NCBI GenBank assembly: GCA_964493085.1
Contig: CAZBLV010000014.1
Coordinates: 1-53,662, forward strand
Length of the DNA stretch: 53,662 nt
Direction of reading: 5' to 3'
From: an uncultured Candidatus Saccharibacteria bacterium
Lineage (GTDB): Bacteria > Patescibacteriota > Minisyncoccia > Minisyncoccales > GWA2-38-27
A model generated the notes under the pieces. The model was not told where the DNA came from and did no database searches. It saw only the letters and a program-made list of their open reading frames with translations. Positions 16,442 to 26,118 of this stretch are shown here, piece by piece; within the stretch, counting starts at the first letter, position 1, and the number at the start of each line of letters is the position of its first letter. The position numbers and the translations under genes are program-made.

Positions 16442-17224
16442 ATGAAAATAGAAGAGAACAAGCCATGCTTTAAGGTCTTTTTCGGGCTTTGTATCGTGTT
16501 AGTTGCCGTTTTGATAGCGTATGTTGTTGTTGCTGTTTGGAATGGCGCTAAAGAAGGGAAATACATCGGCAGGGACATTGAGCAGCAGAGCACCATTTCT
16601 GTTTCGGCAACCGGCGAAGTTTATGTCAAACCGGATTTAGGGGTTATGAGCTTTTCAGTTGTTACGGAGAAAGAAACAGTAGAATCAGCTCTTGCAGAAA
16701 ACACAGAAAAAATGAACAAAGTCATTTCTGAAATAAAAAATCAGGGAGTGGAGGAAAAAGACTTAAAAACAACAAGCTTTAATATTTATCCCCGCTATGA
16801 ATACAAGCGAGAGCAAACACTTCTTCCTTCCGGAGAAAGGGTTTTGGCCGGCTACGAGGTAATTCAGAGAATAGAGGTAAAAATCAGAGACTTGGAAAAA
16901 ACAGGAGACATTGTTGCAACAGCTACTGAAGCAGGCGCTAACCAGGCTGGCCAGCTTCGGTTTACTGTTGAAAACGAAGACGAGCCCCGGAACGAAGCCA
17001 GAAAACAGGCGATTGACAAGGCCAAAGAAAAAGCAGAGCTTCTTGCCAGCCAGCTGGGAGTAGACTTAGCCAAGATAAAAAGCTTTTCAGAGGATATTTC
17101 CAATTATCCCGTTTTCTGGGCCGAAAGAGGAGACGCAGTAGGGCTGGGTGGGGGCTCTCCTGAAATAGAGACAGGAGAGAATAAGATAGAAACCTCTGTT
17201 ACTATTGTCTACGAGATTGATTAG
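16442..17224 (+). CDS. SIMPL (DUF541) domain protein
   Basis: TISVSATGEVYVKPD, AKEKAELLA, VTIVYEI. Confidence 0.9.
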   Translation: MKIEENKPCFKVFFGLCIVLVAVLIAYVVVAVWNGAKEGKYIGRDIEQQSTISVSATGEVYVKPDLGVMSFSVVTEKETVESALAENTEKMNKVISEIKNQGVEEKDLKTTSFNIYPRYEYKREQTLLPSGERVLAGYEVIQRIEVKIRDLEKTGDIVATATEAGANQAGQLRFTVENEDEPRNEARKQAIDKAKEKAELLASQLGVDLAKIKSFSEDISNYPVFWAERGDAVGLGGGSPEIETGENKIETSVTIVYEID

Positions 17225-17309
17225 TTTCTGATAAGAAAAGGGCCTCTCTCCGAGGCCTTTTTCTTTTGGGCTTTTATTTAATCTCTTCACGCGCTAGAAT
17301 ATAGTAAGC

Positions 17310-17639
17310 ATGGACTATACGGATTATCAAAAAATTGTTGGAATTATAGCAGAGGCCGCTAAAAAAAGAGAAACAGTTATGATTTACTATCCTTCTACAG
17401 AAAACACCAAAGCAGGCTGGCGGGAAGTGGAGCCTTATAATATGGCGACAGACAGCGGAGAAGAAGGAGAGATTTTAGTTTATGGGAAAGAACATATAAC
17501 CCCGGGCCACATATTCAACGGCTATACAATAGGCAGCGGAGACAAGCACTTAGACTCTTTTATTATCGGGAAAATAAAGTCGGCTAAAAGGACAGGCAAT
17601 AAATTTACTCCCCATAACGGCTGGGAAGTGAGCTTTTGA
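17310..17639 (+). CDS. Stand-alone WYL-like domain protein
   Basis: IYY..WREVEPY...SFIIGKIKSA..TGNKFTP. Confidence 0.6.
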   Translation: MDYTDYQKIVGIIAEAAKKRETVMIYYPSTENTKAGWREVEPYNMATDSGEEGEILVYGKEHITPGHIFNGYTIGSGDKHLDSFIIGKIKSAKRTGNKFTPHNGWEVSF

Positions 17640-17640
17640 T

Positions 17641-17742
17641 ATGCTGGATAAAATCATTTGGCTTTTTGTTTTTATATTCCTGATCTTCGGCATATTCTTT
17701 ATTTACTGGCTGGCAAGAAATTTAATAGGATTCTTTAGTTAA
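17641..17742 (+). CDS. 33-aa single-TM peptide
   Basis: MLDKIIWLFVFIFLIFGIFFIYWLARNLIGFFS*; exactly fills the intergenic gap. Confidence 0.5.
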   Translation: MLDKIIWLFVFIFLIFGIFFIYWLARNLIGFFS

Positions 17743-17746
17743 TTTT

Positions 17747-18340
17747 ATGGAAAACAGCCAAGAGAAAATCTGGAATTTGCCCAATTTTTTGACTTTTAGC
17801 AGAGTTATTATCGCTTTTGTCGTAATATACTTTATTTTCGCCGGATTTCCCCTTTTTTATATCGCATCTTTTTTTGTGCTGGGGATGATTACTGATTTTT
17901 GGGACGGCTTTCTCGCCCGGAGGCTTAAGCTAACTACAGAATTCGGCAGGAATTTTGACATGATAGCAGACAGATTTTTAATGGTGGGGACTGTGCTGGC
18001 TCTGATAATAAAATTTACAGAAAGCCCTCTTTTCACCAGCTATCATTTATTTCAGATATTTATTATTCTTTCCAGGGAAATATTAGTGACTCCCGTTGTT
18101 TTGACCGCTATTTTAACAGGAGCTGGAATCCCAAAAGTCAGATTTGTGGGAAAGCTGACCACCTTTATGCAGGGGGTCACCTTTCCTCTTATTCTTCTTA
18201 GCGTAGAATATCCCGTGTTTAGCTTTTCTATAATTTTTGCAATTATCACTTCTTTTATTGGAATGGCTTCTGCCCTTTATTATACCAATGACATAAAACA
18301 TTTGCTGGCTAAAAAAAGCAAGCTTCATGATTTGTCTTGA
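17747..18340 (+). CDS. CDP-alcohol phosphatidyltransferase (PgsA-like)
   Basis: PNFLTFSR, TDFWDGFLARR..FG..FD..AD. Confidence 0.9.
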   Translation: MENSQEKIWNLPNFLTFSRVIIAFVVIYFIFAGFPLFYIASFFVLGMITDFWDGFLARRLKLTTEFGRNFDMIADRFLMVGTVLALIIKFTESPLFTSYHLFQIFIILSREILVTPVVLTAILTGAGIPKVRFVGKLTTFMQGVTFPLILLSVEYPVFSFSIIFAIITSFIGMASALYYTNDIKHLLAKKSKLHDLS

Positions 18341-18367
18341 AAGCGACAATAAGGCGAATTGATCAAA

Positions 18368-19237
18368 ATGTCAAAAGTTTCTTTGGTAAAAGGAGAACAA
18401 AGGAGAAAAAATGTCTTAAATTCTCTTTTGAATATAGAAGAAGAGACAAGGAAAGCAATCGGAGAAAAGCAGGTTTTGATTAAGCCCAATTTTGTGTCTT
18501 CCAGTCTTCAGAAGGCAGCCACTCACATTGACCAAGTAAGGGGAATTTTAGATTTTCTTTCCCGGTTTTACAAAGGAAAGATAACAATTGCCGAAGGGTC
18601 TGCAAACGATACCTTTGAAGGGTATGAAAACTTCGGCTTTTTAAAACTTAAAGAAGAATATCCTTTTAAAATAGATTTCCTAGATCTTAACAGGGACGAC
18701 TATTCAGAAGTAGAGATTTTAAAAGGAGAAAAGGTAAAAGTGAGTCGCTTGGCCTTAAGCTCTGATCTTTTTATTGTCTCTGTCGCTAAAATAAAAACCC
18801 ATGATACAGTAATCGCCACCCTTTCTATCAAAAACCTTTTAATGGGCATGGTTATCAAAGAAGATAAAGCAAAAGTTCATCAGGGAATAAAGGAAATCAA
18901 CCGCAATCTCTTATTGCTTGCCCGGCAGAGAATGCCGGACTTGGCCTCAATAGACGGCTATTATAGCATGGAAGGAAGCGGGCCCACCCAAGGCGATCTT
19001 GTAAAAACTAGAGTGGCTTTGGCTGGTTTGGACCCCTTGGCTGCAGACAGGGTCGCTTTGGAAATAATGGGCATTGATCCGGAAGATGTGGGATATTTGG
19101 TTTATTGCGCAAAGAGCAACTTGGGAAAGTATAATCTTGGAGACATAGAGCTGGTGGGCGAGCGTTTGGAGTCTTGCAAAACAAGAAAATTTAAACTGCA
19201 TTCTTCAATTGAAAGGCAATTAACATGGAAAAAATAG
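18368..19237 (+). CDS. DUF362 domain protein
   Basis: VLIKPNF, KIKTH, TLSIKN, MEGSGP, DPLAAD. Confidence 0.88.
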   Translation: MSKVSLVKGEQRRKNVLNSLLNIEEETRKAIGEKQVLIKPNFVSSSLQKAATHIDQVRGILDFLSRFYKGKITIAEGSANDTFEGYENFGFLKLKEEYPFKIDFLDLNRDDYSEVEILKGEKVKVSRLALSSDLFIVSVAKIKTHDTVIATLSIKNLLMGMVIKEDKAKVHQGIKEINRNLLLLARQRMPDLASIDGYYSMEGSGPTQGDLVKTRVALAGLDPLAADRVALEIMGIDPEDVGYLVYCAKSNLGKYNLGDIELVGERLESCKTRKFKLHSSIERQLTWKK

Positions 19238-20064
19238 AAGTAATAAAATTTAATGGCGAGAGAGAGCCTTTTTCTTTTCGAAAAGTTTACAATTCTGCCC
19301 GAAGGGCAGGGGCTTCCGAAAAATTAGCAGAAAAAATCGCCAAAGAAATAGAGAAAGACGCTTATTCTGGCATAAGAACGTCAGAAATTTTCCGGAAAAT
19401 AGAAAGTATTCTTTTAAAAGAAAACCTAAAGACGGCCGTAAGGTATAATTTGAAAGAAAGCCTTAAAAAACTGGGGCCTACTGGCTTTCCTTTTGAAAAA
19501 TTTGTCTGCAAGATTTTTCAGGAAAAAGGGTTCAAAACAAAGCTTAATCCCTGGATAAAAGGCAGATGCTGCAAATACGAGCTGGATTTTTTAGCTGAAA
19601 AAAAGGGAAAAATATATGTGGGAGAATGCAAATTCCGCCACTTGCCCGACGGAAGAGTTCATTCTAGTTCAGCTCTTGCCAATTATGCAAGGTTTCTGGA
19701 CATCAAAAAGGGCTCTTGGGCCAAAGAAAAAAAGATAAAAAGCATTTTAATAACCAACAACAAGTTTACCGGGAAAGCAAAAAAATATTCAAAATGCGTA
19801 GGTGTTGATTTTTTGGGTTGGCGTTATCCCAGAAAAGAAAACCTGTCTTTCTTTATTGAAAAAGAGAAGCTGTACCCCCTTACTATTCTTCCTTCTTTAA
19901 GCAGCAAAGCTGCGAATATTTTTGCAGAGCAGAAAATACTGCTGGCAGAAGAGATTTTGAACAAGAAGCCAGAATCCCTTTCTCGGAAAACGGGAATATC
20001 TTTGAAAGTTATCAAGAAAATAATAAAAGAAGCAGAAGCATTGCTTAATGTTAGTAAAAGTTAA
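19225..20064 (+). CDS. ATP-cone plus PD-(D/E)xK nuclease-like protein
   Basis: VIKFNGEREPFS ATP cone; GFPFEKFV, ELD..ECK, ITNNKFT. Confidence 0.8.
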   Translation: MEKIEVIKFNGEREPFSFRKVYNSARRAGASEKLAEKIAKEIEKDAYSGIRTSEIFRKIESILLKENLKTAVRYNLKESLKKLGPTGFPFEKFVCKIFQEKGFKTKLNPWIKGRCCKYELDFLAEKKGKIYVGECKFRHLPDGRVHSSSALANYARFLDIKKGSWAKEKKIKSILITNNKFTGKAKKYSKCVGVDFLGWRYPRKENLSFFIEKEKLYPLTILPSLSSKAANIFAEQKILLAEEILNKKPESLSRKTGISLKVIKKIIKEAEALLNVSKS

Positions 20065-20266
20065 AGTATTTCCTGCCTCAAAAAAAAGAGAAGTTGTAAG
20101 AGATGGAGACAGGTTTAAGGTAAGAGTGAAAGAAAAGGCAGAGAACAGGGAGGCGAACAAGGCAGCAGTTAAAGCTCTTGCTTCTTTTTTGGGTATTTCG
20201 GAGAAAAAGATAAGAATAGCGAAGGGATCGAAAAAGCAGAATAAAATATTTGAAATACATGATTGA
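20048..20266 (+). CDS. DUF167 (YggU) family protein
   Basis: VKVFP..AEN.EAN..GSK..NK. Confidence 0.85.
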   Translation: MLVKVKVFPASKKREVVRDGDRFKVRVKEKAENREANKAAVKALASFLGISEKKIRIAKGSKKQNKIFEIHD

Positions 20267-21404
20267 TTTTAAAATCGTTAAGAAGTCCAAAAAAAGCAAG
20301 GCAAGACTGGGGCTGCTAAATACGCCCCATGGATCCGTGGAAACGCCTTCTTTGGTGCCTGTTGCCACCCAGGCTTCGGTAAAAACTTTGGACAGCAAGG
20401 AAGCAGAGAAGTCAAAATCTCAAATTCTAATTGCCAACACTTTCCATTTGCACTTAAGGCCCGGCGAGAGCGTTATTGAGAAATTAAACGGGCTTCATAA
20501 GTTTATGAACTGGGCAAAGCCCTTAATGACAGATTCCGGAGGCTTTCAGGTTTTTAGCCTGGGATTTGGAAAAGATTTTAATGTGGGCAAGGCCCTGAAG
20601 CATTTTCCCGGGAAAGACAGGGAGGCAGTTAAGGAAAGCCAGCAGCCCAAAGAGGTAAAAATAAAAGAAAACGGAGTCTATTTCAGGTCTCCTCTTAACG
20701 GAGAAAAGCTTTTTTTGGGGCCGGCAGAGTCTATTAAGATTCAAGAAAAACTGGGAGCCGACATAATATTTGCCTTTGACGAGTGCACGCCTCCTTTGGC
20801 CAGCAAAAGTTATGCCTCTTCAGCCTTAGAAAGAACCCATAAATGGGCCAAAATATGCTTGGACAGCAAAAAAAGCGATCAGTCCTTGTTCGGTATTGTC
20901 CAGGGGTCGAGATTTAAAGATTTAAGAAAAAAAAGCGCAGAATATATTAATTCTTTGGATTTTCAAGGATTCGGCATCGGAGGCGACTTGGGACAAAAAA
21001 AGGAGACAATGAATAAGATTTTGGATTGGACAATCCCTTATCTCCAAGAAAAAAAGCCCCGCCATCTTCTGGGCATAGGGTATTTGGAAGATATGGAAAA
21101 TATTATAAAGAAAGGAGTGGATCTTTTTGACTGCACCGTCCCCACTCATAACGCAAGAAGGGGGATTGCTTTTACCAGCCAGGGAAAGCTGAACATGAAA
21201 AACAAAGAATTCGTAAAAAGCAAAAAACCCTTGGACAACAAATGCCCTTGCTATGTTTGCCAAAATTACAGCAGAGGATATATTTCACATTTATTTAGAA
21301 GCGGGGAGATTGCAGGAATGAAGCTTCTTACTTTCCACAACCTTTTTTATTTCAATTCTTTCGTAGAGAAAATCAGAGAGAAAATAAAGGAGAATAGACT
21401 ATAA
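20259..21404 (+). CDS. tgt: tRNA-guanine transglycosylase
   Basis: TDSGGFQVFSL, FDEC, GIVQG, DLFDC, CPCYVC..H Zn site. Confidence 0.96.
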   Translation: MIDFKIVKKSKKSKARLGLLNTPHGSVETPSLVPVATQASVKTLDSKEAEKSKSQILIANTFHLHLRPGESVIEKLNGLHKFMNWAKPLMTDSGGFQVFSLGFGKDFNVGKALKHFPGKDREAVKESQQPKEVKIKENGVYFRSPLNGEKLFLGPAESIKIQEKLGADIIFAFDECTPPLASKSYASSALERTHKWAKICLDSKKSDQSLFGIVQGSRFKDLRKKSAEYINSLDFQGFGIGGDLGQKKETMNKILDWTIPYLQEKKPRHLLGIGYLEDMENIIKKGVDLFDCTVPTHNARRGIAFTSQGKLNMKNKEFVKSKKPLDNKCPCYVCQNYSRGYISHLFRSGEIAGMKLLTFHNLFYFNSFVEKIREKIKENRL

Positions 21405-21440
21405 TCTTGACGGAAAACAGAATTCTGCTAAGATTATTTA

Positions 21441-21677
21441 TAGTTCTTTTCTCGGCCAGCTAGCTGTTCAGTGAAGTGTTCTTCTTAACGGATAGTTCAC
21501 TGGACAGTTGGCAGGGCTTAAAAAAGAAACGGCGAGAGAATGGCTGTCACCGTCCTCGTTTAGACATTAAGCGCAGAAGGGAAGTCCTCTTCGAAGCGAG
21601 ATTGTGATCAATCTCCTCTGCCAACTGTCCAGGCCGCTTTCTTTTATCAAAGCCGCATAAAGTGCGGCTCTTTTTTT
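21441..21677 (+). ncRNA. Candidate structured ncRNA / RNA switch
   Basis: TTGACG(21407)-16-TAAGAT; two mutually exclusive long helices; terminator AGCCGCA/TGCGGCT + T7 at 21651-21677. Confidence 0.6.
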
Positions 21678-21745
21678 AGCCGACAAAAGGAGAGTTTACA
21701 AGGACAATGCCATTTGGCAAAATAAGATTAGGCAAAAGCAATAAA

Positions 21746-22693
21746 ATGGAGAATCCAGTTAAGCCGACAACCCTAAGAGTTGTTAAAAAGGCAAAAGACG
21801 TAAAAATAAATCGGGAGGAGATTAAGAAACTGGCAAAAGAATTAAAAAGAGAAAATCTGCCTGCTTCCGTCTGGCCGAAGGGGATTCACTACCAATCAAA
21901 AAACAGAAACTCTGTTCTAGACTATATAGTTTTGCTGACTTCCATTAATTTTTGTTTCTGGAGCCCTCAAGGGAAGCGCTGGGAGATAGATTATAACAAG
22001 AAAAAGTACAACGGATATTTTGCTTTATCTTTAGCTTTAAAAAGTTTTTTTGAAAAAGAGCCTCAGAAGGCGAATCTGGATTATTTTTCAACCATAAGAT
22101 TTGATGACTTTAAGGAAATTTTGCAGGGAGGCAATCATCTTCTGCTCTTAAAGGAGAGATGGCAGATATTAAAAAAAGTAAGCAGCATAATCTTGAAAAA
22201 ATACAACAGCTCCGCTGATTTTTTTGATTCCGCGGGCAAAAAATGCTCTGTTTTGATTGAGAAAACATACAAAAATCTTTTTTCTTTTGACGACATAAGC
22301 AGCTATAATGGAAGAAGTGTTTATTTGCTGAAAAGGCCGCAGATTATGATTGCTGACGCTTGGGGCGCAGGAGCAGCTGATTTTAAGGACATGGATTACC
22401 TGACCTGCTTTCCGGATTATAAAGTTCCCCAAGCACTGAATCACTTTGGCTGCATAGAGTACTCCAAAAAATTAAATGAAAAAATTGAAAACAGGATTTT
22501 AATTCCTCATAATTCGAAACAAGAAGTGGAAATAAGGTCTGCTACTGTTTGGGGAGTAGAGTACCTAAAAGAAGAGCTGGCAAAAACGGGAAAAAGGCTT
22601 TGTTCTTTTGAGGTGGACTGGATTTTATGGAACAGGGCCCACAAAAAGAAGATTAGAAAGCCTTATCACCTGACAAAAACCGTTTTTTATTAG
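21746..22693 (+). CDS. Queuosine salvage protein (DUF2419/QNG1 family)
   Basis: SINFCFW, KRPQI, LTCFPDYKVPQ, EVEIR, DWILW, PYHLT..VFY. Confidence 0.88.
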   Translation: MENPVKPTTLRVVKKAKDVKINREEIKKLAKELKRENLPASVWPKGIHYQSKNRNSVLDYIVLLTSINFCFWSPQGKRWEIDYNKKKYNGYFALSLALKSFFEKEPQKANLDYFSTIRFDDFKEILQGGNHLLLLKERWQILKKVSSIILKKYNSSADFFDSAGKKCSVLIEKTYKNLFSFDDISSYNGRSVYLLKRPQIMIADAWGAGAADFKDMDYLTCFPDYKVPQALNHFGCIEYSKKLNEKIENRILIPHNSKQEVEIRSATVWGVEYLKEELAKTGKRLCSFEVDWILWNRAHKKKIRKPYHLTKTVFY

Positions 22694-22780
22694 CATCTTT
22701 CTTTTGGAGAAAAAAAGGAATAATGTTAAAATAAAATACCTAAAGTCGAATAATCGATAAATACTATAAAATAAAAAACC

Positions 22781-23062
22781 ATGCTTTCCAAGCTTCCTGT
22801 TAATTTAGAAAAAACAAATCAAAAAAACATAAACAAAGAAATATTAAGGGCCGGAATCATAGCAGAGCTAGACGCTATTTCTTTTTATGAGCAGATGGCT
22901 GACATGACAGACAAAGAGGACATTAAAAAGGTTCTTTTAGATATTGCTGCAGAAGAGAAACAGCACGTGGGAGAGTTTGAAGCTCTTTTGGAGAAAGAAG
23001 ACAAAGAACAGGTCGAGAAGGCAGAAGAGGGAAGAAAAGAAGTAGAAGAGATGACTTCTTAG
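22781..23062 (+). CDS. Short ferritin-like/rubrerythrin-family protein
   Basis: AELDAISFYEQ..DIAAEEKQHVGEF. Confidence 0.85.
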   Translation: MLSKLPVNLEKTNQKNINKEILRAGIIAELDAISFYEQMADMTDKEDIKKVLLDIAAEEKQHVGEFEALLEKEDKEQVEKAEEGRKEVEEMTS

Positions 23063-23101
23063 CTGTTATATAAACAAAGCCCCTGCCGGGCGCAAATTTC
23101 T

Positions 23102-24235
23102 ATGCCGGATATAGATCCTTTGGGGAAAAAAGAAATAAAGGAATTAGCAGAGCAAAGAAAGGATAATCTTGTTTCCATTTTTATTCCTACTTTTCGGTTT
23201 GGCAACCAGACAGAGCAGAACTCGATTAGATTCGGAAACCAGATAAATAAAGCAAGGGATGCCTTGGAGAAGAAGGGGCTGAAAGAAGCTGAAATAAAAG
23301 AAATCTTAGATCCTGCTGAAAAACTCTTAAAGAGTCCTGACTTTTGGGATCATCAAAACAAGGGATTGGCTGTTTTTCTGGGTACGGGCTTTTTTAGGTG
23401 CTATAGAGTCCCCCTCGAAATCGAAGAGCATTCTCTGGTTTCCGATGTTTTTCACATTGAGCCGCTCCTTCCTCTTGTCTGGGAAAACGGCAAATTCTAT
23501 ATTCTTTCTATTAGCAAAAAAGAAGTAAGGTTTTTTCAGGCGGATAGATACAATATTAATGAAATGGAGATTGGCCCTCCTGCCAGCATGGAAGAATCCC
23601 TGGAGACAAAAGACCCGGAGAAAAATCTTTCTTTCCATACCCGTGCTTCGAGAAAGGACGCTGTTTTCCATGGCCACTCTTCGACAGAGAAAGAAAAAAA
23701 AGATCTTATTAAGTTTTTTCAGATCATAAACAGCCGCTTGCAAAAGGAGTTCTCTTCTGAAGCTTGCCCTTTGGTATTGGCAGCCGTTGATTATTTCCAC
23801 CCGCTTTTTCAAAAAGCCTGCCATTACGGCTGTCTTTCGGAAAAAGGTATTGTCGGCAATCCTGACAATATGAACGAAGAGGAAATGCACAAGAAAGCGT
23901 GGAAGGTTGTAAAGCCCTTTTTTCAGATAAAGGAAGAGGAGGCCAAAAAAGATTATCAGGACCTAAAGGGGAGCCCCAAAAGCTCCTCTGATCCCGAAGA
24001 AATAATCCGCGCCTCTTACGAGGGGCGAGTGAGCAAGCTTTTTATCAGTCTTGATAATCACTTGTGGGGGCAAGGCAAAGGCAATGTAGAGATCCACGAA
24101 GAAAGGCAGGAAGGGGACCAAGACCTTTGCAACTTAGCTTCCATACAGGTGTTTCTTAACGGAGGAGATGTTTACGCTTTTCGTTTTGAGAACATGCCTG
24201 AGAAAGCTAAAATGGCCGCAATTTTCCGCTACTAG
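23102..24235 (+). CDS. Bacterial archaeo-eukaryotic release factor (baeRF) family protein
   Basis: VSIFIPT, GLAVF, GRV..LF, AAIFRY C-terminus. Confidence 0.8.
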   Translation: MPDIDPLGKKEIKELAEQRKDNLVSIFIPTFRFGNQTEQNSIRFGNQINKARDALEKKGLKEAEIKEILDPAEKLLKSPDFWDHQNKGLAVFLGTGFFRCYRVPLEIEEHSLVSDVFHIEPLLPLVWENGKFYILSISKKEVRFFQADRYNINEMEIGPPASMEESLETKDPEKNLSFHTRASRKDAVFHGHSSTEKEKKDLIKFFQIINSRLQKEFSSEACPLVLAAVDYFHPLFQKACHYGCLSEKGIVGNPDNMNEEEMHKKAWKVVKPFFQIKEEEAKKDYQDLKGSPKSSSDPEEIIRASYEGRVSKLFISLDNHLWGQGKGNVEIHEERQEGDQDLCNLASIQVFLNGGDVYAFRFENMPEKAKMAAIFRY

Positions 24236-24259
24236 CTTAAACTGGTATAATAAAACAAT

Positions 24260-24928
24260 ATGATAAAGCTCGAAGACGTAAAAGAAAATTCTCAGATAAA
24301 AGAGTTTATTTCTCAGACAGAAAAGGCCCTGGCTGCTCTTTCTTATACTGGCCATGGCTTCAGGCATTCCAGTTTAGTGGCAGAAAGGGCAAAAAACATT
24401 GCTTCTGGCATAGGATTGCCGGAGAGAGAGGGGGAGCTGGCTGCTATTGCCGGGTTTTGCCATGATATGGGAAATTTTCTGGGCAGAAATTACCATAATT
24501 ATCTCGGCGCTCTTCTTTTCCACCAGGTGTTCCAGAAAGATTTTAAGCCGAAAGAGCTGGCAATTGTTATTCAGGCCATATCCATGCACGACGAAAGGAT
24601 CAGGGAGATCGCTTTTGCCAGTCCGGTTGCCGCTTTAGTTGTTTTAGCCGACAAATCAGATGTTCATCGGTCCCGAGTGGTTCAAGACACTATGGACGAG
24701 ATAAAATCAGATATCCACGACCGGGTTAATTACGCTACCACTTCCAGCGTTCTGAAGGCAGACAAAAAGAAAAAAAGAATAACCCTTTCTTTAAAGATTG
24801 ACACCAAATTCGTGCCGGTAATGGAATACTTTGAGATTTTTACCCAAAGAATGGTAATGTGCCGGAAGGCAGCAGAGTACTTAGGGTACGATTTTGGATT
24901 AGTAATCAACAAATTCACCTTGCTTTAA
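24260..24928 (+). CDS. HD-domain phosphohydrolase
   Basis: HGFRH, HDMGN, LADKSD, IHDRVNYA. Confidence 0.88.
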   Translation: MIKLEDVKENSQIKEFISQTEKALAALSYTGHGFRHSSLVAERAKNIASGIGLPEREGELAAIAGFCHDMGNFLGRNYHNYLGALLFHQVFQKDFKPKELAIVIQAISMHDERIREIAFASPVAALVVLADKSDVHRSRVVQDTMDEIKSDIHDRVNYATTSSVLKADKKKKRITLSLKIDTKFVPVMEYFEIFTQRMVMCRKAAEYLGYDFGLVINKFTLL

Positions 24929-24932
24929 AATT

Positions 24933-25130
24933 ATGCAGGAAATTATGTTGCCGCCGGCTTGGCTCTTGTTGCTTATAGTCGCCTGGACTCTTCCTTGGAA
25001 AGGCGTGGCTTTATGGAAAGCTTCCCGCAACAGCCAGAAAAAATGGTTTATTGCCATATTAATACTGAATACTCTTGCTTTGCTTGAGATAATATATATT
25101 TTCTTTTTCGAAAAGAAAAAGGAAGAATAA
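24933..25130 (+). CDS. DUF5652 family membrane protein
   Basis: WKGVALWKA..WF..LNT..LEIIY. Confidence 0.85.
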   Translation: MQEIMLPPAWLLLLIVAWTLPWKGVALWKASRNSQKKWFIAILILNTLALLEIIYIFFFEKKKEE

Positions 25131-25131
25131 C

Positions 25132-25596
25132 ATGAAAGAGGCTACATTGTGTTTTCTTTTAAAAGGAGGCAAAATTCTTCTTGCAATGAAGAAAAGGGGG
25201 TTTGGAGCAGGAAAATGGAACGGCGTAGGAGGCAAGATTGACTCTGGCAAAGGAGATTTAAGCCCGGAGCACGCTACTGTCCGGGAAACAAAAGAGGAGA
25301 TAGGGGTGAGGGTCAGCCATTTGGAAAAAGTAGCTTTTCTAAATTTCTCTTTTCCCCATAAAAAAGAATGGAGCCAAATCGTCCATGTATATTTATGCAG
25401 GGAATGGGAGGGAGAACCCGGAGAGACAGAAGAAATGAAGCCTGCCTGGTTTGACCTCAAGAAAATTCCTTTTAAAAAAATGTGGAGCGATGATCCTGTC
25501 TGGCTGCCCAGAGTGCTTGAGGGGAAAAAAGTAAAAGCGGACTTTACCTTTACTCCGAAAGAAAAAATAGATAAATATAAGATTAAGGAAATTTAA
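25132..25596 (+). CDS. NUDIX 8-oxo-dGTP diphosphatase (MTH1-like)
   Basis: KKRGFGAGKWNGVGGK, RETKEE, MWSDD. Confidence 0.88.
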   Translation: MKEATLCFLLKGGKILLAMKKRGFGAGKWNGVGGKIDSGKGDLSPEHATVRETKEEIGVRVSHLEKVAFLNFSFPHKKEWSQIVHVYLCREWEGEPGETEEMKPAWFDLKKIPFKKMWSDDPVWLPRVLEGKKVKADFTFTPKEKIDKYKIKEI

Positions 25597-25602
25597 AATA
25601 AT

Positions 25603-26118
25603 ATGGATATTTTGGAAGCAATAAAAACAAGGAAAAGCGTGAGAGATTACAGGGAAGATCCAGTTTCCGAGAACTCTGTCAATAAAATAATGGAAGCTGC
25701 CCGCCTTGCGCCCTCTGCCCATAACGCCCAAAACTATAAGTTTGTAGTGGTCCGGGACAGAAAAAAAGTAAAAGAGCTGGCAAAAGCCGCCAACCAGAGC
25801 TTTATAGAGAAAGCCCCTGTTGTCATTGTCGGAGTATCCTTAAAACCGGATGTTAATATGAGCTCCGGGGTGCCGGCCTATTCCCTTGACCTGGGCATTG
25901 CTTTAGATCATATGACTCTGGAGGCCGTAGAGCAGGGGCTGGGGACCTGCTGGATAGGCGCTTTTTATCAGGAAGAAGTAAAAGAGGTTCTTGGAATTCC
26001 CCAAAATTACAAAGTAGCGGCTATGCTGACTTTGGGAGTGCCTCGCGATACTTCTATCGGACCAAAGTCCAGAAAAGACATTGCTCAATTGGTCTGCAAA
26101 GAAAAATTTATGGAATAA
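25603..26118 (+). CDS. Nitroreductase family protein
   Basis: RKSVR, APSAHNAQ, GLGTCWIG. Confidence 0.92.
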   Translation: MDILEAIKTRKSVRDYREDPVSENSVNKIMEAARLAPSAHNAQNYKFVVVRDRKKVKELAKAANQSFIEKAPVVIVGVSLKPDVNMSSGVPAYSLDLGIALDHMTLEAVEQGLGTCWIGAFYQEEVKEVLGIPQNYKVAAMLTLGVPRDTSIGPKSRKDIAQLVCKEKFME

